Assembly: GCA_964447495.1 (NCBI GenBank)
Contig: CAYUTF010000004.1
Coordinates: forward strand, 13,438-77,437
Direction: 5' to 3'
Length of the DNA stretch: 64,000 nucleotides
From: an uncultured archaeon
Lineage (GTDB): Archaea > Asgardarchaeota > Lokiarchaeia > Sigyniarchaeales > SOKP01
This document shows, one piece after another, positions 16,510 through 25,092 of the stretch; the stretch's first letter is position 1; every line of letters begins with the position of its first letter. The translations under genes were made by a program, and so were the position numbers. The notes beneath the pieces were generated by a model. The model was given only the letters and a program-made list of their open reading frames with translations. It had not been told where the DNA came from and did not search any database.

Positions 16510-19230
16510 ATGTTATTAAAAAAAATTGAATTGGAAAATATTAAAACTCATAAGAAAACAGTAATCCCTTTCAAGAAAGGGTTAAATGTCTTTCATGGAA
16601 ATAATGGTACAGGAAAATCAACGGTATTAGAGATGATTGGGTTTACATTATTCGACTATTTAGAAGGAAGATCCCATGATGTATATGTGAGAGATATTAA
16701 TAATGATAAACAAGTATTTGGAACTATAAAATTATGGATAATCGGTCTGAATAACGAACCATATATTATAGAACGTAATATTGGCAAATCTGAAATAGCA
16801 GTATATAATGCTTTAACTAATCGTAAAATAGTTAAGATAGAGAAGATATCTCAGTTAAAAAAGTGGATCGAAACTCAGATAGGGCTTAGTAAAGGTATTG
16901 AACTTGATAAATTATTTAAAACATCAATTGGAATACCTCAAGGAACCTTTATTGACCCTTTCCAAAGGGAACCTAGAGAAAGAAAGAATTACTTTGATCC
17001 AATTTTAAGTTTAAAAATTTATGAAGTTATTTGGAGTGAACTAGGAAAATTAGGAAAAGGAGCATATGAGAGACTTTTACATGAGATTAAGGAAGAAATC
17101 AGTGAAATCACTGGTGAGATTAAAAATAAGTCGGTTTTAATTAATAACATAGATAAAGTAACTAAGGATTTTGACGCTTTAGAAATAAAAGTTGGTAAAA
17201 TAAAAGAAGTGGGAAAAAAGATTAAAGAGAAATTTGATGAGTTAAAAAATTTAAAAGAGGAGAGTAAAAGTGTTCAAGAAGATTACGAAAAGTTACAGCT
17301 TAGAGAAAAAGATGCACAAATAAGGGTTTCTGAATTCATTATTAAATTGAATCAGGTTAAAGAAGCTAAGCTTATTTGTGATAAAGCAAAGAATAATTAT
17401 GAGCAATATGAACTACAAACAAAAGAACAGAAGAAACTTGAAGCTGAACTGAGCGATCTTCAAGAAAAACAAAAAATATTACAAGATTTAAAAACGGACC
17501 ACTTACATATAGAAAGTGAGAAAAATAATTTAATAAATCAAATTAATGAAGCAAAAGAAGCCCTCGAAAATAGTATTAAACTTAAAAGCAAATACAATCG
17601 ATATCAGGAACTTGAAGCAGATTTATTATTAATAAATGAAGATTTGACCCGATTTAAGACTATAGATGAGGGTTTAACTAAAAAAAGATCAGATTCAGAA
17701 ACTTTTAAAAAACAATTAGAGCTATCCCATAAAAAAATTGAATCATTTTCCAAATTAGAAACGAAGCTTAAAGAATTAGAAACCCTTGAATTAAAAAAAG
17801 AGGGTATAAAATTAATTATATCCGATTTAGAAAAAGAAATAGCTTTAATTAATCAAAATTACGAGTATTTATTAACAGGTAAATGCCCTTTCTTTAATCA
17901 AACTTGTAGAAATATTGAAGAGAAGAAATCTGATCCGAAATCTCTTTTAAAACAAGTAAAATATAAGAAAGATTTATTGAAAAAAAGCATAGACGAAGTA
18001 AAACAATTAGAAAAAGACTTAGAAGCAAAAGAAGAATTTCATATCAAAATTGAGAGTTTAAAAGAAGTAAGAATTAGATTAGCGATTAATCAAAAACGAT
18101 TTGAAGAACTAAATGAAGAAATAAAAAAAGAGAATGAATATATAAAAAATAAAGATACTTATTGGGAAAGAAAGAAGAAATTGGATGATGAGAAGAGAGC
18201 CTTAGAAAATTCAATTAATGATTATATCACTTTCAGTAAATTATCTGAGAAGCTTCCTGAATTAGAAAAAAGAATGAATCCTTTAATGTCAAAATTAGAG
18301 GAAATTGAAAAAGTAATGCGTGATATGGAGAAAGAAACCAAAAAATTGGATCAAATTCCCAAATTATTCAAAAAAATCCAAGAAGAATTAGCGAATTTAA
18401 AGAAAGACTACACATTATATCAAACTCATATTAAGCAAGCAGAAGAACTTCCTAAAATAGAACAAGATTATAATTCTAGCCTATCTGCTTTAGAGAACCT
18501 CAAATTACAAATACAAGAAAACCAAAAGCTGATAAAAGACTTGAATTCTAAATATGATGAAGCTGAGTTTCAAAAGTACGAAGAATATTACAGAAAAAAC
18601 GAGAAAACTAAAACTGAGTTAGAAACACGTATGAATGAACGAAAATTGAGACTAAATGAATTAAATGAAGAACTTAAAAAAATTGAGGAAATTGAAACTA
18701 ATTTAGTTAAGTTAAATAAAGAAAAAGATAATTTAGAAGTCCAGCAGTTATTTATTGAAAAATTAAGGATGTGGATAAGAGAATTTATCCCGAAAATGAG
18801 AAGTGCATTAATAAGCAAGATAAATATTATTGCTTCGGAAATATATAGAGATATAAGAGAGGAAGAGGATGCGGTTCTCAAATGGCGGGATAATTATGAT
18901 ATTGAAATCGTTACTCCTAAAACTGTTAAAAATTTCTTTAGACTATCTGGAGGAGAGAAAATGTCAGCAGCATTAGCAGTCCGATTAGCAATACTAAAAG
19001 TGCTAACAAATGCTAATTTTGCTTTTTTTGATGAACCCACTACTAATTTAGATGAGACAACCCGTAAGAATTTGAGTAAATATATTTATAATATAAAAGG
19101 GTTTGAACAATTATTTGTTATCTCCCATGATGATTCCTTCAAACGTCACAGTGAATACGTTGTAAGATTTACTAAAGATGCAAATGAGATTACGCATATC
19201 GATTATCTTACTAAGGTTAATGAAGAATGA
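16510..19230 (+). CDS. rad50: Rad50 SMC-like ATPase
   Basis: Walker A GNNGTGKST, Q-loop IGIPQGTF, long K/E/L-rich coiled coil, central Cys pair GKCPFFNQTC, signature LSGGEKMSAALA, Walker B FAFFDEPTTNLD and H-loop ISHD. AAGGTGA lies 6 nt upstream of the ATG. Confidence 0.85.
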   Translation: MLLKKIELENIKTHKKTVIPFKKGLNVFHGNNGTGKSTVLEMIGFTLFDYLEGRSHDVYVRDINNDKQVFGTIKLWIIGLNNEPYIIERNIGKSEIAVYNALTNRKIVKIEKISQLKKWIETQIGLSKGIELDKLFKTSIGIPQGTFIDPFQREPRERKNYFDPILSLKIYEVIWSELGKLGKGAYERLLHEIKEEISEITGEIKNKSVLINNIDKVTKDFDALEIKVGKIKEVGKKIKEKFDELKNLKEESKSVQEDYEKLQLREKDAQIRVSEFIIKLNQVKEAKLICDKAKNNYEQYELQTKEQKKLEAELSDLQEKQKILQDLKTDHLHIESEKNNLINQINEAKEALENSIKLKSKYNRYQELEADLLLINEDLTRFKTIDEGLTKKRSDSETFKKQLELSHKKIESFSKLETKLKELETLELKKEGIKLIISDLEKEIALINQNYEYLLTGKCPFFNQTCRNIEEKKSDPKSLLKQVKYKKDLLKKSIDEVKQLEKDLEAKEEFHIKIESLKEVRIRLAINQKRFEELNEEIKKENEYIKNKDTYWERKKKLDDEKRALENSINDYITFSKLSEKLPELEKRMNPLMSKLEEIEKVMRDMEKETKKLDQIPKLFKKIQEELANLKKDYTLYQTHIKQAEELPKIEQDYNSSLSALENLKLQIQENQKLIKDLNSKYDEAEFQKYEEYYRKNEKTKTELETRMNERKLRLNELNEELKKIEEIETNLVKLNKEKDNLEVQQLFIEKLRMWIREFIPKMRSALISKINIIASEIYRDIREEEDAVLKWRDNYDIEIVTPKTVKNFFRLSGGEKMSAALAVRLAILKVLTNANFAFFDEPTTNLDETTRKNLSKYIYNIKGFEQLFVISHDDSFKRHSEYVVRFTKDANEITHIDYLTKVNEE

Positions 19231-19452
19231 GTTCATTAATTTACACACGATCTTATTCTAAGAATTATATTGATTGAGCATAAGGCACAACTCAAGGGAA
19301 AAGAATTTACATCTTGAATATCATAGGCATTCCTAAAAGTTTGATGTTTGACCTTTTTTATATATTGATGAGATTTGATAAAAATGTCAAAATTTATATA
19401 GTTAACCCGAATACATTTTCATTACCAATCAATCAAAAAAATATATAAATTT

Positions 19453-19770
19453 GTGATGACTATGGGCTTATTTATGATGACTGTATGGTATCCTCCCCAT
19501 AAAGCTCCAGATATGGCAAAACTATATTTAAAGCAACCTAAAAAGCTACCCTTTGTTAGTAAATGGAGAGTATTTAATACTTCCGGTGGTTTAAATGGTA
19601 TAAAGCAATATCATTTAATATATACCGAACGAGGCAAAGCAGAAGAAGCCTTGGTAGAATTAGAAAAATATTTTATGCCTTTTTTAACTGTTGATGGTTT
19701 CAGATACGATATCGAACATTTAATGGGCGTATCTGATGGTTTCAAATTGCTTGGGATGGAATGGAAATAA
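19453..19770 (+). CDS. Hypothetical small protein (about 100 aa)
   Basis: ORF with ordinary composition, followed by an oligo-T run. No motif recognised. The start is ambiguous (GTG 19453 or one of the downstream ATGs). Confidence 0.45.
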   Translation: MMTMGLFMMTVWYPPHKAPDMAKLYLKQPKKLPFVSKWRVFNTSGGLNGIKQYHLIYTERGKAEEALVELEKYFMPFLTVDGFRYDIEHLMGVSDGFKLLGMEWK

Positions 19771-19786
19771 TCATATTTTTAATTTC

Positions 19787-19796
19787 TTTTTTTTTT
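19787..19796 (+). terminator. Oligo-T tract, candidate archaeal intrinsic terminator
   Basis: Run of 10 T beginning 17 nt after the stop at 19770. Archaeal RNA polymerase terminates at oligo-T tracts. Confidence 0.35.
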
Positions 19797-19905
19797 AATA
19801 GAGGTCCCATATCTTTATATTCACTACGCGTAACCCACTTTTTAGGATAGAGTATCTAAAAACGGTCTTCATATATTTAAATATTAGTTTGGTGATTAGT
19901 ACTAT

Positions 19906-20292
19906 ATGAGGAAAAAGTGGACAATAATTATTAGGACTCCCCTGCTAAGGAAAATACGGGATAATTTGAGGGATCTTTGGGTTGCATGGGCAAGAAGTCA
20001 GTATGATGACTTATTCAATAAACGCAGAACCTTGGAGCGAAATGAAGACGGAAAGTTGAAAAACCTAGATGGGTTTAATCAAGAAGAACGTAAAAAAATT
20101 GAAGAATTGGGAGGAAAAATATCTTTGTTGCGTGATATTGAAAATGATTCAATTTGCATATGCACTGTTTGCGGAAAAGAACATAGAGATATGACTTATA
20201 ACCCTGTAGATAAGAGTTGGTACTGTGTGGAATGCTATCACGAAAATCAAGAGTTCTATAAGGATACTAAAGAATCCTTTTTATATCCCTGA
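19906..20292 (+). CDS. Small zinc-ribbon protein (128 aa)
   Basis: C-terminal CTVCGKEH...n...YCVECYHEN (CxxC...CxxC) after a basic helical N-terminus. TATA-like ATATATTTAAATATT about 20-35 nt upstream of the ATG. T11 run downstream. Confidence 0.5.
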   Translation: MRKKWTIIIRTPLLRKIRDNLRDLWVAWARSQYDDLFNKRRTLERNEDGKLKNLDGFNQEERKKIEELGGKISLLRDIENDSICICTVCGKEHRDMTYNPVDKSWYCVECYHENQEFYKDTKESFLYP

Positions 20293-20317
20293 CTTCTTTC
20301 TCTTGTTTTGCCATAGG

Positions 20318-20328
20318 TTTTTTTTTTT
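20318..20328 (+). terminator. Oligo-T tract (11 T), candidate terminator
   Basis: T11 run 26 nt after the stop at 20292, in the convergent spacer shared with the actin gene. Confidence 0.35.
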
Positions 20329-20458
20329 CATGTTTATATTAACAAGAATGATTACTAAAGCCCTTTAATGTAATTTTTTTAATAAAATAATAAAAAGTAA
20401 AAAATAAAAAACTTAAATAAAAGGTTATTTTTTTAATTGGGCATAGGAGATTAGCCCA

Positions 20459-21604
20459 TTAGAAGCATCGGTGTATTACCTGCGGTCCCATCTCCTTATA
20501 CTCTCGACGGGTAACCCACATGCGATGAAATGTTTTCAGAGAGCTTAAAATTGAGCCACCAATCCACACGGAGTACATACGCTCGGGAGGAGCGATAATT
20601 TTAACATCAACTGATTCTGGAATTTGTTCTTTAATTTCTTTAGTCAAACGTTCCTTAATTCCAGGAAACATTGTGGAACCACCAGAGAGCACAATATTGC
20701 TGTAAAGATCTCTTCGCAAGTCAACATCACACTCTGAAATAGAACCTACAATCACATCGTCTAAAGGTTCTAATTCTTTTCCAATAACAGAGGGATTAAA
20801 GAAACATTCAGGGGCTAAAAATCGCTCTACGCCAACATTAATTGTTTCTCCATCCGGAAGCATATAGCTCTTCTCCATTCCAGCAACTTTCTTACTAAGC
20901 ATCATTTCTTTCTCGGGATCTATTGCCACATAGCATAATTTCTCCTTTATATCTCGTACAATTTCCTTTTCAGCGGATGTAGTGAATGAATAACCTTTTT
21001 GTCGAAGCAATCTTTGTAAATAGGTAGTGATATCACGTCCTGCAAGATCAATTCTCTGGATAGCGTGACTTAAGGCGAATCCTTCGAATATTGGAACAAC
21101 GTGAGAGACTCCATCTCCAATATCTATAACACATCCAGTAGTACGACCAGAAGCATAAAGAGATAAGACTGCTTGCATTGCAACATAGAGAGCAGGCACA
21201 TTAAATGTTTCAAACATTATTTCGGCCATTTTTTCTCTATTTGGTCTTGGATTTAGAGGAGCTTCAGTTAAAAGAACGGGATGTTCACTTGGATCAATTC
21301 TCAAATCGGTGTAAAAGGTATAATGCCAGATTTTTTCCATAGCGGTCCAATCTTCTATAATACCATGCTCGACGGGGAACATTAATTTTAATACACCCTT
21401 CAATTGCATAGCTTCTTCACCGATGTAATACTCACGAGTATAATGCTCAACATCAGTCATTATAGATTCATATTTTGGATAACCTATAAGTGTAGGAAAA
21501 ACCGATCGAGGTTGATCTTCACCTGCGAAACCATTCTTGGAAATACCGGTACCATTGTCTACGACTAAAGCCTTAGCGTTTAAAAAACTTTCTTCTTCTG
21601 CCAT
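20459..21604 (-). CDS. Eukaryote-like actin (Lokiactin-type)
   Basis: Full-length alignment by eye to eukaryotic actin: [57 protein letters not shown] and C-terminal HRCF. Acidic N-terminus MAEEES. Visibly higher G+C than its neighbours. Confidence 0.95.
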   Translation of the reverse strand: MAEEESFLNAKALVVDNGTGISKNGFAGEDQPRSVFPTLIGYPKYESIMTDVEHYTREYYIGEEAMQLKGVLKLMFPVEHGIIEDWTAMEKIWHYTFYTDLRIDPSEHPVLLTEAPLNPRPNREKMAEIMFETFNVPALYVAMQAVLSLYASGRTTGCVIDIGDGVSHVVPIFEGFALSHAIQRIDLAGRDITTYLQRLLRQKGYSFTTSAEKEIVRDIKEKLCYVAIDPEKEMMLSKKVAGMEKSYMLPDGETINVGVERFLAPECFFNPSVIGKELEPLDDVIVGSISECDVDLRRDLYSNIVLSGGSTMFPGIKERLTKEIKEQIPESVDVKIIAPPERMYSVWIGGSILSSLKTFHRMWVTRREYKEMGPQVIHRCF

Positions 21605-22050
21605 ATTTATCTGCCTTATTATTTTTAATTTTTATTGATTTTATGATTTATATTCCAAATGGTTTTTTTAATTTTTATATGTTTATCAATAATATTATTT
21701 TTTATATGTATAATAATATCGATAAATTATAACAAATTAAAATTAAAAATATAATATATTTCGCATTTATAAATTTTTTTAATACAAAAACTAAATTAAA
21801 GCATTACAAAAAGAAATCTATCAATTTCTTTAAAAATCTTCACTCTGTAATTAAGTATTGACATTTAATTTGTTGTTCTAATGGATGCCACATAATTTTT
21901 GAACAAAATTTGTTATAAAAAAAAAATTAATTTTGATATACAACTGATTTTTTTATCAAAATCAAACTAGTTCAATTAAAAGATTCAAATGAATTCGCAA
22001 ATTATATTAATTTAATTATTTAAGTGATTCAATTTTTATTCGATTAAAAA
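21605..22050. promoter_or_regulatory. Long divergent intergenic region between actin and the LRR gene
   Basis: 446-bp spacer, extremely AT-rich. Repeated TTTTATATGT TATA-like boxes (21673, 21700) and a 9-bp inverted repeat ATTTTGATA / TATCAAAAT (21930-21938 / 21954-21962). No convincing ORF. Confidence 0.35.
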
Positions 22051-23490
22051 ATGGGCTTCAATCCTCGATATATTAAAGAAAATATATCTCAAATTGGTAT
22101 TAAAGAAGCAAAGACTCACTTGAAAAGATGGATTAGTGATTCAAATGATCCTCAGCTTAGAAATGAAGCTTTAGAAATATATGGTGAGTTGGAACAAGGA
22201 AAAGATTATAAATTTTTAGAGGAAATTTTCTTATCGGATGAAGATATAAGTTTAAGATTATTATCAGGAAAAATATTAGGAGCTCATTATTTTCAAAACA
22301 AAAAACTCATTAAACTTCTCGAGTTTGTTCTATACTCAGCGGAAAACATAAATCAAAAATTCTTTGCATTGGATCTTTTAGCGAAATTTAATTTAAAAAA
22401 ATCTCGCAACATAATTCAAGATTTTATGGAAAATGTCATAATTGAAAATTTAAATGGAGAGGCGAGAGAAAATTTAACAAATTTACCTATTACCGAATAT
22501 AATATAGACATAAACAATCAAACTTTAGAATTATGTTATAATCTCATCCTTTTTAATTACTATAAAAAAGTGTGTGGATATAACGTTACTCTAAGAGATG
22601 GATTCATCATTTTATTGAATTGTGAAGGTTCAAATTTAAGAAAAATATCTGATATACCAGGAATAAACAAGCTTTACAAATTAGAATATCTTATGCTTAA
22701 AAGAAATAAAATATCCGAGATAGATGCTCTAGAATATTTAACAACTTTAAAATTCCTAAATTTAGCTTATAATCAAATAGAAAAGACAAAAAGTTTAGAT
22801 TATTTAAGTAAATTAGAGGAACTCATATTAACTGGTAATAAAATTAAAATCGTAGAGAATTTTAAATTACCAAACCTTAAAAAGCTCTTTTTAGACAAGA
22901 ATTTGATTTCTGAAATTCGAGATTTAGGAAACTCATTGAAATTGGAGCAACTAAACTTGAGTTCAAATAATATAAGAAAAATGGTGAATCTTGCAAACTT
23001 TCAAAGGTTAAAGGCATTAAATTTATCAAATAATGATATCGAGGTCATATCCGGCCTTGAGAATCTTCATAACTTAATCTTTTTAAACTTAAATGATAAT
23101 AAAATCTCTAAAATTGAAGGTTTGAATCATTTAGTCAATCTTAAATTCCTAAATATCTCTAATAATAATATTGCAAAGCTTCAAAATCTAGAAAATGTCC
23201 ATAACCTCACACACTTAGAAATATCAAAAAATAAAATCTCTAAAATTGAAGGTTTAGATAATTTAATTAATCTTCAGGAACTTTTCCTTGATAAAAATAA
23301 TATTACTAAGATCGAGGGTTTGGAAAATCTAAATAGCTTGATTATTTTGTTTTTAGAACGTAATGATATTAAAAGCTTTGATTTGAAGGATATAGAACTC
23401 TTGAAAAATTTAAATTTTATTTTCTTGAACGAAAATCCATTAGATATAGAGAGTAAGCGTAATTATGAAAAACGTACTCGATTTCCATGA
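22051..23490 (+). CDS. Leucine-rich repeat protein (SDS22-like 22-residue LRRs) with N-terminal HEAT-like helical region
   Basis: About 12 consecutive LxxLxxLxLxxNxIxxIxxLxx units from residue about 186 to 463. The N-terminal helical repeats include RNEALEIYGEL. Confidence 0.85.
   Translation: MGFNPRYIKENISQIGIKEAKTHLKRWISDSNDPQLRNEALEIYGELEQGKDYKFLEEIFLSDEDISLRLLSGKILGAHYFQNKKLIKLLEFVLYSAENINQKFFALDLLAKFNLKKSRNIIQDFMENVIIENLNGEARENLTNLPITEYNIDINNQTLELCYNLILFNYYKKVCGYNVTLRDGFIILLNCEGSNLRKISDIPGINKLYKLEYLMLKRNKISEIDALEYLTTLKFLNLAYNQIEKTKSLDYLSKLEELILTGNKIKIVENFKLPNLKKLFLDKNLISEIRDLGNSLKLEQLNLSSNNIRKMVNLANFQRLKALNLSNNDIEVISGLENLHNLIFLNLNDNKISKIEGLNHLVNLKFLNISNNNIAKLQNLENVHNLTHLEISKNKISKIEGLDNLINLQELFLDKNNITKIEGLENLNSLIILFLERNDIKSFDLKDIELLKNLNFIFLNENPLDIESKRNYEKRTRFP
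22606..23439 (+). repeat. 66-bp-periodic coding tandem repeat (LRR array)
   Basis: In-frame 22-codon periodicity. Includes a perfect 26-nt duplicate AATAAAATCTCTAAAATTGAAGGTTT at 23098-23123 and 23230-23255, 132 nt (two units) apart. Confidence 0.6.
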
Positions 23491-23515
23491 TGCTACCTTA
23501 ATATATTAATTACGA

Positions 23516-24085
23516 TTAAACTTGATTATTAGCTAAATAATCATCAATCCATATTTCCATTAAGATCTCATCATAATAACGAGCATTCATATAGAATTGC
23601 CTTTTTCTTACTCCCACAATTTTAAATCCCATTTTTTTGTAAAGATGGAGTGCACGTTTATTTTCAGTAAAACTACTGAGAATAATTTTTTCTTTTTTAT
23701 TAATTCTTTTTGATTCCCGAATAGCTAGATCAATTAAATGAAAACCAATGCCCAAATTTCGATAATCCGATTTTACAATAACTCCAAGCTTACCAATATG
23801 AGTGGCAGCATCCCATTCTGAATTTGATATTTCACATTGTCCAAGGATATTAAAAGGTGCTTTCATATTAGAGTTAACCGCAACGATACATATCTCATTT
23901 TCTTTTTTTAGGGAATTAAACCATGAATGTTTTTCATATTGAGATCTCACGGGGAAAAGAACTGGTAGATAAATTGCTTCATCTATAACTTCATTAAAAT
24001 TACTCCAGACTCCATCAATATCAGATTCCTCGATATGTCTGATTATAATTCTTTCTCCGTTTTTTATCTCAATGATCTTTTCCAT
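23516..24085 (-). CDS. GNAT-family N-acetyltransferase
   Basis: Acetyl-CoA binding motif RNLGIGFHLIDLAI (R/QxxGxG) and ALHLYKKMGF, the typical GNAT core. Confidence 0.8.
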   Translation of the reverse strand: MEKIIEIKNGERIIIRHIEESDIDGVWSNFNEVIDEAIYLPVLFPVRSQYEKHSWFNSLKKENEICIVAVNSNMKAPFNILGQCEISNSEWDAATHIGKLGVIVKSDYRNLGIGFHLIDLAIRESKRINKKEKIILSSFTENKRALHLYKKMGFKIVGVRKRQFYMNARYYDEILMEIWIDDYLANNQV

Positions 24086-24130
24086 TATTTGAATATAAAT
24101 TTTTATAATTAAATTCCTTATGGTATTATT

Positions 24131-24592
24131 ATGGATGATAAAAAAGATGATCTACCTTCAGATCGAGAGTCAGATGAACGTGAAAAGATAAGAAATTATA
24201 TCGAAGAGATGACCAAGAAAAAAAAAGCACCTGTAGCAAAAGATTTAGTGCAACTTAAACATGTAGAGGTAAAAAAACAAAAAGTTGATCAAGAAACTTT
24301 GGATTTGGCAAAAACGCTCAAAGAGCAATATATAAAGCATGATCAATTTGAACATCTTTCAAATGATGAACTAACGATACTCGAATCTTTTATTGGGGGT
24401 AGAATGTTTCTTTCTCGCATAGCAATTGTCGCTAATCAAAGTAGAATCCCCTTAGGAATTGAACCTTTTAGAAAAGCAGATTTAGAAAAAGTTCTAAATA
24501 GTTTGATTGCAAAAGGTTATGTTGAATTTGAACAAGTAGGAGATCAGCTCGTATATTTTCTTACAGAGAGAGGAAAATATCGAGTACAATAA
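24131..24592 (+). CDS. Hypothetical protein with charged N-terminus and C-terminal winged-helix-like domain
   Basis: K/E/D-rich first about 70 aa. The C-terminal LEKVLNSLIAKGYVEFEQVGDQLVYFLTERGKY resembles a wHTH wing. The assignment is weak. Confidence 0.45.
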   Translation: MDDKKDDLPSDRESDEREKIRNYIEEMTKKKKAPVAKDLVQLKHVEVKKQKVDQETLDLAKTLKEQYIKHDQFEHLSNDELTILESFIGGRMFLSRIAIVANQSRIPLGIEPFRKADLEKVLNSLIAKGYVEFEQVGDQLVYFLTERGKYRVQ

Positions 24593-24605
24593 AAAAGAGG
24601 TTGTT

Positions 24606-24920
24606 TTAGTCTTTTTTGAGAATTAATTTACTAATAGGTATATCTTGGAACTCTCCGCTTGGGAATTCTCTCCTAATAGTTAACGGTAAAATCCCTGCTC
24701 TTAACTCTATAAGTGCTATTTTAATAGGATCTATCATGTCTCTAGGTTTATCAACCAATATAGGAGCACCGTAACTTAATTGTAATGCTCTCGCTCCGGT
24801 AATTCTAGCTTTTTCATAACGAGTTAGAAAAATTGAACCAATTTTAACATAGTCTCTAACTTCTTTATATTTTTTTCTTAGTTCACGAGACTCTAAAAAA
24901 GAAGACATAGCTTGTACCAA
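24606..24920 (-). CDS. rpoK: DNA-directed RNA polymerase subunit K (Rpo6/RpoK)
   Basis: [25 protein letters not shown] is the conserved Rpo6/RPB6/omega core. The start could be the second ATG at 24908. Confidence 0.85.
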   Translation of the reverse strand: MVQAMSSFLESRELRKKYKEVRDYVKIGSIFLTRYEKARITGARALQLSYGAPILVDKPRDMIDPIKIALIELRAGILPLTIRREFPSGEFQDIPISKLILKKD

Positions 24921-25019
24921 AAATTAGTGATTATAATGTGAAATGTATAATAAAATAAAACTTTTATGATTCTTACCATGGTTTAAGGGAATAAAGATTT
25001 TATACTTATAAAAATTTAA

Positions 25020-25092
25020 TGCGCAAGGGGGGATTCGAACCCCCGAGCTACACGGTGTGAGCGTGTCGTTATAGCCACTAAACCACTCGCGC
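25020..25092 (-). tRNA. tRNA-Val (anticodon CAC)
   Basis: Hand-folded cloverleaf. Acceptor GCGCGAG/CTTGCGC (one G-U). T arm GGGGG-TTCGAAT-CCCCC. Anticodon stem ACACG/CGTGT with loop CT-CAC-AC. 5-nt variable loop. No intron and no encoded CCA. Confidence 0.9.

Noticed and set aside
10445-19230. Interpretation of the Dna2-like/Mre11/Rad50 operon as a mobile defence island.
   Set aside because: Not favoured, though not excluded. There are no integrase, transposase, toxin or restriction genes nearby. Composition matches the flanks. The Mre11 and Rad50 read as canonical archaeal orthologs with complete catalytic motifs. This remains the alternative hypothesis in the main finding.
19341-19440. C-box-like TTGATGAG (19365-19372) downstream of rad50, considered as a C/D-box sRNA.
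   Set aside because: No D box (CTGA) or C-prime/D-prime boxes at appropriate spacing on that strand, and no terminal stem.
22606-23439. Regular 66-bp periodic repeats, considered as a possible CRISPR-like or satellite array.
   Set aside because: The repeats are in frame within one long ORF and encode canonical leucine-rich repeats. There is no repeat-spacer structure and no cas genes nearby.
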